From Pristiophorus japonicus (Eukaryota): a stretch of 64,000 bases of DNA. The DNA is taken from positions 248,001-312,000 of the forward strand of contig NW_027252090.1 of assembly GCF_044704955.1 (NCBI RefSeq), in the 5' to 3' direction. A program made the translations under genes and the position numbers. The notes under the pieces were generated by a model. The model did no database searches. It was not told the DNA's origin and saw only the letters and a program-made list of their open reading frames with translations. Shown here piece by piece: positions 62,801 to 64,000 of the stretch; the stretch's first letter is position 1; every line of letters starts with the position of its first letter.

Positions 62801-64000
62801 GCTGATCATTCCCTCAGTACCCCTTTCCAACTTTCTCTCCATACCCCTTGATACCCTTTGACGTAAGGGCCATTTCTAACTCCCTATTGAATATATCCAA
62901 TTAACTGGCATCAACAACTCTCTGCGGCAGGGAATTCCACAGGGTAACAACTCTCTGAGTGAAGAAGTTTCTCCTCATCTCAGCCGTAAATAGCCTACTC
63001 CTTATCCTAAGACTATGTCCACTGGTTCTGGACATGCCCAACATCGGGAACATTCTACCAGCATCTAACCTGTCCCGACCCAACATAACCTTGGGGTACT
63101 GAAGTTACATGTTCAGCCATGAACTCATTGAATGGCGGAGCAGGCGAGAAGGGCCAAATGGCCTACGCCTGCACCTATTTTCTATGTTTCTATGTTTCTA
63201 TGAGATCCCCTCTCATCCTTCTAAACTCCAATGTATAAAGGCCCAGTTGATCCAGTGTCCTCTCATATATCAGTCCAGCCATCCCGGGAATCAGTCTGCT
63301 GAACCTTCGCTGCAGTCCCTCAACAGCAAGAACCTTCTTCCTCAGAGTAGGAGACCAAAACAGAACACAATATTCCAGGTGAGGCCTCACCAAGGCCCTG
63401 TACAACTGCAGTAAGACCTCCCTGCTCCTATACTCAAATCCCTTAGCTATGAAGGCCAACATACCATTTGCCTTCTTCACCGCCTGCTGTACCTGCATGC
63501 CAACTTTCAATGACTGATGAATCATGATACCCAGGTCTCGTTGCACATTTTCGTTTCCTAATCTGTCGCCATTCAGATAATATTCTGTCTTCGCGTTTTT
63601 GCCCCCAAAGCGGATAACCTCACATTGATCCGTATTATACTGCATCTGCCGTGCATTTGCCCACTCAGCTAACCTGTCCAAGTCACCCTGCAGCCTCTTT
63701 CCCCCTCACAGCTCACACCGCCACCCAGTTTCGTGTCATCTGTAAACGTGGAGATATTACACTAAATTCCTTCATTAAATCATTGATATATATTGGAAAC
63801 AGTTGGGGTCCAAGCACTGAGCCCTGCGGCAATCCACTAGTCACTGCCTGCCATTCTGGAAAAGGACCAGGTTATCCCGATTCTCTGCTTCCTTTCTGCC
63901 AACCAGTTCTCTATCCATGAGAGGATTGGCTAACTAACAAATCGGAGAGTAGGGATAAATGGTTCATTTTCCAGTTTGCAAATATTGACTGGTGGAGTGC
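56866..64000 (+). repeat. Composite tandem unit, copy 4 (runs off the window)
   Basis: Anchors ggtcatattttgga 58629 and ggaacttgagtt 60143; same downstream modules as copies 1 and 2. Confidence 0.85.
62715..63915 (-). mobile_element. Minus-strand CR1 insertion(s) in copy 4
   Basis: Minus ORFs 62901-63086 and 63190-63681 ([13 protein letters not shown]...RRMRGDLIET); acatagaa tails. Confidence 0.85.

Overview
Eukaryotic genomic DNA, almost certainly from a cartilaginous fish (shark-type cluster immunoglobulin locus plus shark-type CR1, DeuSINE and RTE repeats). The left ~13 kb hold one unrearranged Ig heavy-chain cluster on the minus strand: leader (12800-12845), V (12375-12677) with a 23-RSS, D1 (12/22 RSS), D2 (12/12 RSS), J (23-RSS), a ~7.6 kb J-C intron, CH1 (3284-3583) and CH2 (1975-2286). 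Later C exons presumably lie beyond position 1. The main surprise: CH1, CH2 and J resemble shark IgM, while the leader and V resemble IgW (IgD-lineage) V genes, suggesting a germline V-omega/C-mu chimeric cluster. This isotype call rests on remembered sequences, not an alignment. A good CTCF-like site lies ~3 kb upstream of V. The remaining ~48 kb are repeat-dense: many CR1 LINE fragments (one near full length with an esterase ORF1), an RTE, a Penelope-like fragment beside degenerate telomere-like repeats, a decayed Harbinger transposon, a decayed Gypsy element, and 27-bp and ~67-bp minisatellites. From ~29 kb to the end there are four diverged tandem copies of a composite unit carrying exon-like relics of an unidentified plus-strand gene. 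Repeat boundaries are approximate (read by eye); Ig exon and RSS coordinates were counted base by base.
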